Of a DNA stretch of 64,000 nt, positions 29,896-43,335 are shown one piece after another. The position numbers and the translations under genes are program-made. This DNA is from the human T2T-CHM13v2.0 reference genome, Homo sapiens. The stretch lies in the NCBI RefSeq assembly GCF_009914755.1, contig NC_060947.1; one strand, written 5' to 3'. The notes under the pieces are model-generated. The model was not told where the DNA came from and did no database searches. It saw nothing but the letters and a program-made list of their open reading frames with translations. The number at the start of each line of letters is the position of its first letter. The first letter of the stretch is position 1.

Positions 29896-31106
29896 GAGTG
29901 GCTCTCATGCATATTTATATTAGTGAAAATTTGGAAATAATGTAGATGTCAATAGTAGGAGAGTGCTTAGGTAAATTCCATTAATCCCTTTAGTGAAGGA
30001 TTTGTACAAATGCAAGTTATTTATTCAGCAGGAATTATTGAACACCAGCTTCATGCCCTGTCTTGGACCAAATCAAAGGTGATTGAGATGGGGTAATTGT
30101 TCTCAAGGAGCTTGAGCTATTCAGCTATTCCATGTGATGTTTACAAATAATTTATGACAAGGGGGACAGAATTCTTACGCTATAGGGGTAGGCTAGCTCA
30201 AGTAAGTTTTGGAGAGCCTCAAGGTACGAATTAAGTAAACATGTTACAAAGTTAAGTGGAAAAGGTAGGATAGATAATTGCACATACTGTGTGATCATGA
30301 GTACGTCAGAAAATACCAGATAAAAACAACTCATCAAAAAAAGGTGGAGAAAAACATACTAATATAGGAATAGTGGTTGCCTTTGTGTGGTGGTGTCAAT
30401 GGACATTTCTCTCCCATTTAAGTGTCTCCTAAATTTTTTGTGATGGAAACAAAAATTCCCCCAGTCTGTCTGTGGAGACTGGGAAGGATTGGGTGGGGGA
30501 GAATCTAGCATCAAGTTTTTGGGGAGATGAGAACTCCAGAACCTGAGATGGCATCCCTGTGGGTGAAGACAGAACCTCAGAGGAAATACTAGTGTGTGCG
30601 CGCTGCTATCCTGCACCCCATCTTCCTCTCTTTCTCAGCCACCTCTCTCCTTTTGATATCCCCTGCCCATCTGTGGCCCTACTTGGACACCAGTAATACC
30701 CCACTGGGTAGTTAATAAGGACGCTTTTTACGATTCTCAGAAAAAAAAATTGGTCTTTAAAGTTATTAAAAGGCTTAGTGATGTTTTTAAGAAGACACAA
30801 TTGAATTGCTAATCTATTTGCTCAAATTCTATTATCTAATATTATTTCCATGTATTAAAAAGGATTCTAAGGTCAGAAATGAGAAGCTGCCCTAGCCAGC
30901 TGATCTACTGGCCCTGACTATTTCAGAATACTCTACTTTGGGACTGCTGTCAATGTTGGGAACCCCATCACAGTTGAAACTGACTAGAACTGGGGATGGG
31001 GGAGTACCATACTCAGAGAAACAGGGATCTTAGAACAAAGTGCTTTTTCTTTTTAGCTCTACCTTTATTTTCAATTGTCTTCTCAGCATTTTAACTAGTA
31101 AAATCA

Positions 31107-31464
<358 letters not shown>

Positions 31465-33099
31465 TTACAAAAATAGAAAATATTCCCCCTGGTGACACTT
31501 TAACCACAAGATTAGAAGCCCTACATCTTTGGTAGGTGTGAAAATAGCTTGGAGAATTAAAATTAGGCATAAATAAATTCCTGATGTCTTTGAGAGTTTA
31601 AGTCATTGGATGATGCTGTAATAGAGGAGAATCTGGGAGATGTTGAGGCGTCAGGTTCTTTTTCATTTGAAGCTAAATGGCCTCAGTTGGGTGGTTTGAG
31701 CTCTCCTGTTTTGTTTGTAGATTTCCTGTCTCCTTCCACTTGGTAATAGACCACTGATTTCTCTATGCTCCTCCTTGTGATAGTGTGCCGCTTTCCACTT
31801 TTAATTTTTCTCTTCTGTTTTATTGTGAGGGGAGTAAACTGCGGTATTGCCATTCCCCTGCTTTCGCATACATGTGAATGAGCATGGGAAAGCTGAAAGA
31901 CTTTAGTGCATTTGGGGAAGGGGATAGCCCAGGGCTCCTTTCCTGAAGAACCGAAAATATTTGAACATCTCCAATTCTGCTTTATATTTTACACATAGTC
32001 CTTGACATATTTCTGACTCTTTTTCGCCTGCATTAAATTTCTTTTTGGATTCAACTTAGTCCTGTGGCTAAGGGTTTAGCCTTTCCACATACCCAGCAAT
32101 TTCTACTTTCCTCTTAACTGTATACAGTTCATACAGCGCCTATGCCAGCACTAGCATTTTCATTTTTTCTATCCTTTTATTTTGATAAAATAGTACAAAC
32201 AAAATGCATTAAACCAGATGTAAGCCTGGCTGCTTTGAGGCCCACAAAGCTGGTTCCTCCGTCTCTGGCCCACCTTGGCTCTACCGTGAGATAATTCTGT
32301 GTCTCTATCAATGACTGTAAACCGTGCAATAAAATGTAAAAATTGCCCATGTGATGTGGACAGACGTGAAGATGCTCTGCGAACTGAACTTTTTCCCATG
32401 CGAAGGTCTGGATTCTGGATTCCTTGGGAAATACTGAGAAGTGTGAATCTGGCATTGAGGGTCAGTTTAAGGGTGTGTTGGAAATTGCAGGTACGGATAT
32501 GTGGAGTCACCATGGCCTTGGCTTCTGAGAGAGGACATGAAGGACTCTCTTAGGAGTAAAGCCGATGTGCTTTAGGATCATTCTCAGCTTCAAAAGCTTC
32601 TTTTCCCTCCAAGATCCCTGCTGGAGTGTGGTTGAGTGAGGAGACTAAACAGCTAACCTTCATTTATGTGGAGGATGTGTACAAATGTCAGAAACATGAC
32701 GAGCGGTGTTTTGTGTCCAGTGACTGAGAATGGATGTGGCTCCCAGGCAGTGGAGACCGTGGGTGTTTGGCGGTGATGATTTGTATAGGGTCAAGCTGGC
32801 CTTTGCAGGGCTGATGGGATTGGGGTACGAGAGGGGAAGAGGAAGCCTCTCCACAGGTCCAGGAAAGACCGAGAACAGATTGCTTAGACTGGAATGAGTG
32901 TGATGTTTTGGAAGGCGGGTAAACAAACTCATTTGCCTGGACAAGAGATTGTGTGTGTGTTGGGGAGGGGGTGGGGGGTGCAGAGGGGCGGTGGTAGGGA
33001 GTTGAAGCAGAAAGAGCCAGAAGCTTTGTATGGGCTTGGCTTGGGGAGGACTTTTCACACCAGCCCAGGAGGTTTGCTCTGGCAAACTCAGTGCTGTGA

Positions 33100-33631
<532 letters not shown>

Positions 33632-33758
33632 TAGCCAGCAAGAGCCAGAAAACACTCCTTGCTGAAAAGTTACCACCAAAAAACGCCAGTTTTCCACACC
33701 TCCAGATACTTCCCCTCTGACGATGAAAGAGGAGCCAAGATTTATTCGTCTCTCCTTT

Positions 33759-33859
33759 GGCTGATCTAAGTGCAGTGGTGTTTACAACTAATTGATCACA
33801 ACCAATTACAGATTTCTTTGTTTCTTCTCCTCTCCCACTGCTTCACTTGACCAGCCTTT
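33759..33859 (+). pseudogene. Y_RNA: Y RNA (RNY3-derived) retropseudogene
   Basis: ggctgatctaagtgcagtggtgtttacaactaattgatcacaaccaattacagatttctttgtttcttctcctctcccactgcttcacttgaccagccttt matches full-length hY3 with about 7 substitutions against the sequence as I recall it. Followed by a T run and a short A tract. Confidence 0.93.
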
Positions 33860-34171
33860 TTTAAAAAAGATGTGATCAAATAGATTCTGGAACTGAATAA
33901 CTCCTCTGAAGTGATTTATTTATGACTGAAGTAATGTTACTCACCAATAACTTTCTTGGGAGAAAAGCATCATTTGATATTGGTAAAGTTTAGAGTATTC
34001 ATGATAGATAGGATATGCTATACAAGAGAAAACTATGAAATCCCTGGCCCATAAATATTTTGGAATGATAATTAGGAAAATACATCTAGACATTCTCAAT
34101 GCTGTTATTGAAAATCGTGCCAGAATTTGGCTCTGCAGTGCTATAAGGATGGGTTTCTCAACTATATTTGT

Positions 34172-34464
34172 TTACTTTGTCTATTTTTGGAAATAGGATC
34201 TTGTCTTGTCACCTAGGCTAGAGTGCAAGTGGTGCAGTCATGGCTCGCTGCAGCCTCGAACTTCTGGGCTCAAGCAATCCTCCCACCTCAGCCTCCCGAG
34301 TATCTGGGACTAAGGCATGGGCCTAGCTAATTTTTTTTTATTTTTGGTAGAGATGGAGTCTCACTGTGTTACTCAGGCTGGTCTTGAACTCCTGGGCTCA
34401 AGCAGTCCTCCCACCTTGGCCTCCCAAGTGCTGGGATTACAGGTGTGAGCCACTGCACCTGGCC
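34172..34464 (-). mobile_element. Alu (AluJ-like)
   Basis: ctcctgggctcaagc AluJ features; tatttgtt on both flanks. Confidence 0.9.
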
Positions 34465-35981
34465 AGTATTTGTTGATTAAATGAGATCGTGTATGTAAAT
34501 GTGCTTAGAATGTACCTGTGCATGGGCATTTTTCTCTAGAGGCTTATTTGTGAATATCATTACATTAGACTAGCAGCAATTTGCTCAGAACTCAGTTTGT
34601 GTTAAAGTAGGATTTTCTTTTTTGCTGTGGTTGGGTCCCATTCAGGATGCAAATCATGCACAACAGTCTGCTGTTACCTGCTTGACTGGGACCCTCGATA
34701 CGGCATTACGTTCCTGACTGGTAAAGGCATTGTGCTGCAGACATCAGTTCCAGGATGGGACAAACTACATACAGTAGGCTCATCTTGTGATGTGATTTTT
34801 TGAGTGAGTCGTGTTTGGGAGGATATATATGGCATATTTCACCTTCTGTATATTTCTGTTTTTATATTGTTTCTAACTTCTTAAAACCATGTGTTTAGAA
34901 TGAAGATTAAAACTAGTGTTGTTCTGATGGTGTTTATCAATTTCTGAATGCCCCTGGGGAGAGACAGCCTTGTTGTCAAACCAGTTTGGGGAAATTACGT
35001 GTTCAAAATTCATACTGGTCTCATGGGGCTTGGCTGTGGTTGTGTCACTTTCTCAGGTCTAGGGACAGAAGAAGTGGGAGGATTGACTTAGTGAAATGTA
35101 GGTGATCGGATTCCCATGCATAGCAGTCAGTGTGCATTTATAGAGACAGCCCAAGAGATAGCTGCCCAGACTCAGACAATTATAGGTGTGTCTCGTTTTA
35201 TATGACAGCTGCAGTCCTAACACTGTCTTGTCAATCAATGTGATCATGGGGGATCGGGGAGGGGGGAGGTCTACTTTTAAAAATCCATCTGAAAATTCTT
35301 TACTTTATCTCTCTTGTCAAGCCCAAATTTCCTCAATCAGATTTTCTTCAGGGAGAGATGCCTGTAGACAAAGTGCTTTTATTGTTTTTCTCCAGAAAAA
35401 TAAAAAAGGACTCTGAAATTTCTGATTCCTACTGTATAAGAAATACAGGAAGCATTTAGTAGGGGGGAGGGCGTGGGTATCATTGTATTGTTACCTTGCT
35501 TGGCTCTTTGCATTTGGCCAATGGTTGATGTTTATTAAACTCATGACCAGTGGTAGATGAAAATATTGCAAATGCATTTTATATAGATTTAAGCCAATGT
35601 TCATGTGTAATGTATGGAAACTGAAAGTTGTGAGGGGAACATTTCTCAGGGAATGAGAACAGAGCATAGGTGCTCTCTGATTTTTCTGGAAGAGCTACAT
35701 TCCATTGTCGTCACCTCATTAAACATACTGCTTGGAAGAAGATGCTTGCTTTACCTGTTTTGTTAGTAACCGAATATCTCTTTTTGCTCACATTTAAAGT
35801 TGCACTTTGAGATAGTAATGCTTCTGATTGCAAGTGTACTAATGCAGTTATTTAGGCAAAGCTGGTGAATTAATTTTCCAACCAAATATTTGGAGCAAAA
35901 GCAGTCAATTAGATAAGATAAAGCAAACTTATACAAAACTGACCTGACTTTCAAATTTGTTTTCATAATTTTATTTTGCAG

Positions 35982-36091
35982 GATAACAAAGCCATTGACC
36001 TTTGCCGATTGTGTTGGGGACGAACTTCCTTTAGGATGGGAAACCGTATATGATAAACAAATTGGAGTTTATTACATGGACCACATAAATA
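35982..36091 (+). CDS. WWC3: WWC3 internal coding exon ('exon 2', 110 nt), second WW domain: (R)[36 protein letters not shown](K)
   Basis: Acceptor ttttattttgcag|G and donor A|gtaagt. The translation has the WW signature LPLGWE...YYMDH and is collinear with KIBRA/WWC1 ([17 protein letters not shown]). Phases 2/1 fit the next exon. Confidence 0.96.
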
Positions 36092-36495
36092 GTAAGTAGT
36101 GTGCAAAATCTGTGGCATTATATCAAAGATGCCAAAAACTTTTTGTAGAGTTTAACAATCGTTACCTTCCAATGCAGCATTAAATTGGGTTTTATAAATG
36201 TAATGCGAAGTTTCCATTAGCTCAGTTCTTCACAAAGTGAAGCAGTTCTGTAGCTGTACCTTGCTTGTGTCTTGCTAGGGACTGCATATAATATGTTTAA
36301 TGGAGGGTTTTAATAACTATTACAAGGAATAAATTTCCCAGGCAGTCTGGAAATAGAGATACCTCTCATAATGAAAAAATTATTTGTTGCAGAGTGGAAC
36401 TGACAAGTTATTGGAATAAGTGCCCAAGTGATTATGTTCACTTCATTTCGTCTTATACATTTAACTTTAGCTTTCATACACCAAACCTTTTCGGG

Positions 36496-36497
<2 letters not shown>

Positions 36498-36527
<30 letters not shown>
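36498..36527. repeat. (GT)n microsatellite
   Basis: About 15 GT units. Confidence 0.95.
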
Positions 36528-36530
<3 letters not shown>

Positions 36531-36599
36531 GGTATAGAGACCATAGCAAAAACAATGGGTCTTTGACCATGCCAGCCTCCTTTGTAGAACTGTCTAGAG

Positions 36600-36812
36600 C
36601 AGTGCTTCTCATCCTGGGTGATTTTATCCCTCAGGGACACTTGGCATTGTCTGGAAGCATTTTCAGTGGCTGTGCCTGGGAGAGGTGCTGCTGGCATTCA
36701 GTGGGTGTAGACCAGGGATGCTGCTTAACACCCTACAATGCACAGGACAGCCCCCCCTCACCAGATAATGAGGCGATCCCAAATGTCAATGGTGCCAGGA
36801 TATAGGAACCCT
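36600..36812 (+). mobile_element. MER20, near full length
   Basis: cagtgcttctca ... gggacacttggcattgtctgga ... cctacaatgcacaggacagcccc ... aaatgtcaatggtgcc ... aaccctg. Confidence 0.85.
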
Positions 36813-37852
36813 GTTCTAGATCTGTTCTTTGCCCCTTAATCTTGGCTGTCTCTTCGTCAGCTTTCTTCGATGGGGTCCCAGCTGGGAATCCATTTTTCAC
36901 TCTCTCTCATTTTCATTCTGGCTTCCCTCAGTGGCTCTGTCATTGTCATTTCACTACCAGGATATGAAGCATGGCTTCCCCTTGGCTTACTTTCTGTCCT
37001 TTGGTTGGTGAAGTGCGGGGCGGCTGCAGGGTCTGAAGGTGCATGGTGCCCCCCACCTGAGTGATTTTGAGGCACTTTTCTAGTCCAGTGCCATGACTCC
37101 TCATGTCCCCACTGTGCAGTCAACTCAGATTGGTGTCTTCAGGGCTGATTCCTACATTGTCAGTTGCTGGCACCCAAGATCTGAGTCCCCCATCTCAGAT
37201 CTCGGGGCAGTGGGGTTTTTGGTGCCTGGCACTCGTCCTTGGGCACGATTGCAGCTCTTATCCAGAGATTGAGCAGTGGTGATTGGAGACAGGGGATACC
37301 TACCGTTATGGCCCTGCTGCCCTCCCAGGCAGGTCCGGGTGGCAGGAGGACTTCTAGGTGGACCCACTGCTTTTTGGACAGGGAAAGTACCTGGCAGAAG
37401 AGAAGCTGAGAGGCCCCAGTGGCTCTCTGCCAGCCTGGCACTTCACGGCTGTGTGTGTTTGGGTAAATGTGGCCTTTTGAGCTAGGCTTCCCAGCTGATA
37501 GTCTAAGCGGCAGCTGGTAACACGTAAGAGCTGCTCACTTCACAGGGCCACCATGCTGTGGACCTGGGCACATGCCCGTGGCTTCGTTAACACGCTTCGT
37601 CCTTCCCAGGGCTTGGTGGTACGGATGCCCCACGCCCACTGAATCTCATCTCTGAGACAAGAGCAGGACTCTGATTTTGCATTTGTTTTGGTTTGTAAAT
37701 CTCCTCCTGTGAGCTTTTATGGCTTGGAGAGGCTTTCTAGGAGGGGCTTTCTAGGATGGTGTGAAAAGGGGTGAGCAAAGGATATTGACAGGAGAGCAGA
37801 CAGGGAAGGCATTTCCAAGGAGAACTTACCTGGAAACATTCTAGCAAGCACA

Positions 37853-37854
<2 letters not shown>

Positions 37855-37890
<36 letters not shown>
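37855..37890. repeat. (GT)18 microsatellite
   Basis: Uninterrupted GT run. Confidence 0.95.
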
Positions 37891-37891
<1 letters not shown>

Positions 37892-37892
37892 A

Positions 37893-38310
37893 AAACAGAC
37901 ATAATGTAAAATTTACCATTTTAACCATTTTGAGGTGTACTTCACGGAACGTAAAACGAACCATTTTTAAAGTGAATAGTTTGGTAGCATTTGGTGCATT
38001 TGCAGTCTTGCACAGCCATCACCTCTATCTTGTTCCAGAACATTTTCCTCACCCCAAAGGGAAATCTCATCTCCATTAAGCAGTCATTCCCCATTCCCCT
38101 TCCCCTATGTCCCGGTGACCCCTAGTCTGCTTTCGGTCTCTGTGGAGTCTCCTGTTCTGGGTATTTCATAGACATGGAATCAGATGCTATGTGGCCTTTT
38201 GTGCCCGGCATCTTTCACTTAGCTGTTTTTTGAGTTTCTTCCATGTCATAGCGAGCATCAGAACTTTATTCCTTTTTATGGAATTTTATTCCTTTGTATA
38301 TGGTTTATAC
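37893..38310 (-). mobile_element. L1M 3' end fragment
   Basis: aaatttaccattttaaccatttt, ttccagaacattttcctcaccccaaa, atttcatagacatggaatca. Confidence 0.8.
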
Positions 38311-39821
38311 AAACCACTCTGTTGTATGCACTAAGTGAAAGGTCCTGAGAGTATAAAGGTGACTGAGGCTGTGCCCCTGCCATCTAGAGGCCATAGTTTA
38401 GATGGGAAACAGAAAAGATATAAAAACACTCATGTGCTCAGTGTTAAGGGGGAAGAAGGGCAGCCCGCGTAAGCAGGGGAGAGACGCATGTGCCTAGAGG
38501 ATCAGAGAAGGCTTCAGAAGAAAAGGTGCCTTTGCAGCGTGCCTGGGAAGACGGCAGGCCTTCCTGTGACAGAAGAGGTCTGAGTCAGCATGGCAAAGGC
38601 ACCGGGGGGCCAGCCAAGCATATTTGGGGACTTCGCAGAAGTTCAGTCTGTGTAGACAATGTTTTTGGGGAAAAAGACGGAAAATAGAGATGAGGCTGAT
38701 AAGTGAGTTTTGGGACTCCTGTATCAGGCTAAGGAGATTGGACTTTGTGCTTTCAAAGAGGTTTCTGTGTGAAAGCATTGCATCCCAGTTAGGAAGGTCA
38801 CTTTGGAGAGTGCCCTGAGGATGGGTTTTGGTGGGATGAGACCAGAAGGCCCAGAGAGTCTGACTGAAGTAAGGAGAGACAGAGACAAGGGCGTGTCGCC
38901 AGTGATGATCATATCCAGGGGCAGGAACCTCCAGTTCTTCATAACCCACCGAATGTTTCGGGAGGAAGAGGAGTGGGATTCTTTGAGGATGAGTCCCAGG
39001 TTGCACTCCCAGGCTGGCTCCGCAGTTAGATCCAGATGATGCGGCTCCCCACAAGGGGAAGACAGGAGATTGCGGAAGACAGGAGAAGCAGGCGTGTGCT
39101 GTGTGATGTTTCGTTTGGTTTTGCTCTTGGTGGTGAAAGGTGGTGTGGAGAATGAGGGCTGCTTTGGATGAATGGCTGGGAATGACTTTGGGTCCATCCA
39201 TGTGGAGGTGCATCCAGGAGGCAGGGGGGAATGAAAGTTTGGAGCCGGGGAGAGAGGCTGGAGCTGGAGTTAGGCACAGGCCCTTGGAGAGCTGGACGGG
39301 GAGGAAGCAGGAGTGCACATGAGGGAAGCTATGGTGGGAGGAGACAAGGAAGTCGGTGAGGAATGGGAAAAGACTACACAGTCTAGTCTGGAAAATGAAA
39401 GGAGAAGGGGGCTAGCCAGGCCAGGGGCACAGAAGAGTTTCCATCATCTCACACAGAAGGAGTCAATGAGGAGAAGGTCATAAATAGCAATTAGTGTCAC
39501 AGTTCTGAGCTCTTGTGGGTTCATCTCCTCCCATGCTTATTTAGAGTGTGGTCTTTGTTGGTAAAAACATTGTCTTGTATTGTCTTCCCTCCTCCAATGG
39601 ACTGTTTCATATCTGTAGAGTTTCCTTCTCATCTGCACTGTGGATATAAAAATGGAAACTGTTCCACATTTTGGAAAGGTTTGTGATATAAAATCTTCCA
39701 TAATATGCATCCTGGTAACTAATTAATTTTCACATTGATGAGTGACATCACTGCATGACTCTTGGTCAACCTAAGGATTTTACTTTTAAGTCACTTATGT
39801 TTTTACCTTTTTAAATTTCAG

Positions 39822-40025
39822 AACTTACCCAGATTGAGGATCCAAGAGAACAGTGGAGGCGAGAGCAAGAGCGCATGTTGAAGGAATATTTAATTGTAGC
39901 TCAGGAGGCTCTCAATGCCAAGAAAGAAATCTACCAGATTAAGCAGCAGCGGTTCGAGCTGGCCCAGGAGGAATACCAGCAGCTGCACAAAATGTGTGAG
40001 GATGACAGCCGCTCGTACGCCAGCT
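39822..40025 (+). CDS. WWC3: WWC3 coding exon ('exon 3', 204 nt): end of WW2 (KLTQIEDPR) and first coiled coil [59 protein letters not shown]
   Basis: Acceptor ttttaaatttcag|AA and donor T|gtgagt. In frame with both flanking exons, overlaps ORF 39875..40123, and is strongly similar to WWC1/WWC2. Confidence 0.96.
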
Positions 40026-41389
40026 GTGAGTTGACTTATCTCCTGTTAAAAGCCATTGTGACTTTAAAAGCCATCTCTCTGCTAGGTTACCTGCAAACAC
40101 TGAACCTTCCCTGGGCAAGATAGCTTCATAAAGGTTCTAATCGCATACTGTTAGGTCATCAGTATTTGGCACTGAAATCAGGTGGGCACCTGGCAGCCAC
40201 TCCTGTAGCAAGGATTTATCAAATGCTTACTTTGTGCCCAGACACTGGGTTATGGTTGGTGGTGACTAAGAAAGGAAAGGTCTCTGCCCTTGAGCTCACA
40301 TTCAGGTGGGGAAGGTAAAAAATAAACAAGAAAACAAAATTTCAGGTAGGGATGTGTACCAGCTGCCTGTCTCATGCATGTCAGTTTTGAAGAGGGCTTC
40401 CCTCAGAAATCTCTGCAGTTAACACTGCTTGTCTGGGATGATCTCTTGGGAAATCCACACAGTGGCTTCATTCATTCTGAGTGGGAAGACTCAGGAGACC
40501 TCAGCCATGTCAAGCCCCCTGTCTCTTTGTAGAGTTCTCCTCTTGGGCTGTAGGCTTTAGTACGCAGTACAGGGAAGGAGGAGGAACACCATAGAACCCA
40601 GAGAATCGGAGGACTCTCCTTCTGCCCCTCAGGTGAGATGACCATGTACAGCTTGCTGTTCTCTAAAGGGACCTCTCTCTAGTTTTGGAGGCTGCCAGAG
40701 TGGGGGGCTTCATTTCATTAGTACTCAGCAAGTGCTTGGTGTTGAAGAAACCAGGTCCACTCTCAGAACCCAAAGCATTTTGCTGTGGACACGGTCAGTC
40801 ACCACATGAGCCAGTTCCTTCCCAGCAGACTTTCACCCTCAACAGACCCCAACAGATGTGCATGACTGTGACTGGCCTGGGCACTCGTGAGCTTGGAAAG
40901 AATGGATGAAAGTTGGTACCACTGGGTTGAATTTTATAAAAACCTGTCTGTTTGAGACTTGGGGCCTTTCCTGTGATATTAGTGCCATGTTGCCATGGCA
41001 GATATTAAACACACAGCTATAGCTTTATTCTGTGTTGCAAGTCAGAATGGAGGTAAGGCTAAGGGGCCACACGTTTTGTGCTCTGTTTTATTGCGGCAAC
41101 TGTTGACGGGGCAGAAGCCTTAGAAGCTATGGCCAGGAGTGGGGTATTCCCTCTGCAATAGGAATTGAAGATATTTCTATTTCCGTGTGTCTTGAGGGAA
41201 ACAGGGAACTCAGTTTTACTGATGTGTTGCTTCCAAGCCATCTTATCTCCATCTCTGCAGATAGTGGCACATACCTGGTTGGTTTTTTTGAGGGCTTTGT
41301 TTTGTTTTTAACTTCCCATCAGATTGTGATAGGTCAGCTATGTGTGGAGTTTTAGAGGCTGGTTTCTTATCTTCACAGTCATCTTTTCT

Positions 41390-42505
41390 TGGAATATCTT
41401 TCTCTGATTTTGGTATGAGGGTAATATACTGGCCTCATAGAATGAATTGGGAAATGTTCCTTCCTCTTCTGTTTTCTCAAAGAGTTTGTGTAGGATTGGT
41501 ATTAGTGCTTTCTTAACTATTTCATAGAATTCACCAAAAGAGCCACCTGGACCTGGAGTTCTTTGTGGAATGTTTTTAACTACAAATCCAATACTTTTAA
41601 TAGAGAGGTATCCAGATTTTTTGTTTCTTCTTGAATCAGTTTTGGCATTTGTGTGTTTCAGAGAATTGTCTTATTTCATCTAATCTAAAAGTCGGCAAAC
41701 TTTTCTATGAAGAGTCAGATAGTAAACATTTTAGACTTTGTCGACCATATGATCTCAGTGCCAACGATTCTACCCTGTAGTTATATTGCAAAAGCATCCA
41801 GAAACAACATGTAGACAGATGTGCCTAGCTATGTTCCAGTAGAAGTATCAAAACAGGTAGCAACCTAGATTTGGCCCACAGGGAGTTTGCTGCCCAGTGA
41901 TCTAAGCTGTCAAGTCTATGAAGTTGTTTGTAGAATTCCCTTATTAGCCTTTTAATGTCTGTAGGCTTTGAAGTGATGTCCTCTCTTTAATTGCTGATAT
42001 TAATAATTTGTGTCTTCTTAATCAGTATAGCTAAACTTTTATTGATTTTTATCTATCTTTACAATACACTGGCTTTTGCCCTGTTCTCCCATTTCTTGTC
42101 TGTTTCTATCTTACTGGTTTTTCTTCTTTATTATTTCTTTCCTTCTACTTAGTTTGGCTTTAATTTGTTCTTCCTTTTCTAGCTTCCTAAAGTGGAAATT
42201 TAGATCACTGGTTTTAGATCTTTCTTACTTCCTCATATAGCCATTAAAGATAAGGATTCTCCTCTAAGTACTACTTTAACTGCATCTCATAAATTTTGAT
42301 ATGCTGTATTTTCTTTCAGTTCAAAATAATTTCTCCTTTTTTTTTGGTGGTTTTTGACCCATGGGTTGTTTAGAAGTAAGTCAGCAGGACTTTTTAAAGA
42401 TGTCATGTTGTTGTTGATTTCTAACTTAGTTCCATTGTGGTCAGAGACTATGTAACATTTCAGTCTTTTGAAATCTATTGAGATTACTTTTATGGCCTAG
42501 AATAC
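41390..42505 (-). mobile_element. Old L1M ORF2-region fragment, with MER58A nested at about 41688-41900
   Basis: ctggcctcatagaatgaattggg..ttccttcctcttct, tagaattcacca, tgatttctaactt..ttccattgtggtcagaga; nested gtcggcaaacttttct..gtcagatagtaaacatttt. Confidence 0.82.
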
Positions 42506-42508
42506 TGG

Positions 42509-42812
42509 TTTTTTTTTTTTTTGAGATGGAGTCTTGCTCTGTCGCCCAGGCTGGAGTGCAGTGGCACGATCTTGGCTCACTGGCTCACTGCAACCTCCAC
42601 CTCCCGGGTTCAAGCGATTCTCCTGCCTAAGCCTCCTGAGGAGCTGGGACTACAGGTGTCCGCCACCATGCCCAGATAATTTTTGTATTTTTAGTAGACA
42701 CGGGATTTTGCCATGTTGGCCAGGCTGGTGTGGAACTCCTGACCTCAGGTGATCCACCTGCCTCGGCCTCCCAAAGTGCTGGGATTATAGGTGTGAGCCA
42801 CCGTGCCTGGCC
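42509..42812 (-). mobile_element. Alu (AluSx-like)
   Basis: Dimer with an internal tggctcac duplication. Confidence 0.94.
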
Positions 42813-43192
42813 AGTCTTTTTGATGACCAGAAGCCCATGGGCTTGGTGCCTTGATGTCTCCCTAGCTGAAGCATTGGCCTATAACCTGTTCTGAGATTAT
42901 ATAGTTAGCAATTCTAAACATTTCAGAAAGCTGCTTGGTAGAAGTTGGGTTGAATGGTATAAAATTGCTGTTTTTGTATCTAGAAAAGGGCTGAATATTG
43001 GCTATTCTTATAATCCAACCTAATAGTGTGTTTCTTTCCAGCAGTCTTTGGGTACCTTATCTTTTACATGCTTGCGTTTGGTTAGGTCTCCAAAGAGGCT
43101 CTCAAATCAGTCTTTCAAAGAATGAAATGGAAGAAATACATATCAGAAAAACTTGGCAGGATGTTTCTTGCCAGTGATTGAAAAGAAAAATT

Positions 43193-43335
43193 GAGACCAG
43201 GTACAGTGGCTTACACCTGTAATCCCAACACTTTGGGAGGCCGAGGCAGGAGGATCACTTGAGACCGGGAATTCAAAACCAGCCTGGGCAACCTAGCAGG
43301 ACCCTGTCTCTATTAAAAAAGAAAGAAAGAAAAAC
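43193..43335 (+). mobile_element. FLAM / Alu left monomer
   Basis: Left-arm consensus plus A-rich tail. Confidence 0.85.

Noticed and set aside
38494-39318. Longest ORF in the track (274 aa, minus strand)
   Set aside because: No recognisable domain, overlaps decayed L2-like purine-rich sequence, and has no supporting splice or promoter context.
40026-40123. ORF read-through past the exon 3 donor (and likewise 63437-63541 after exon 6)
   Set aside because: Strong GT donors are present, and short intronic read-through to the first stop is expected by chance.
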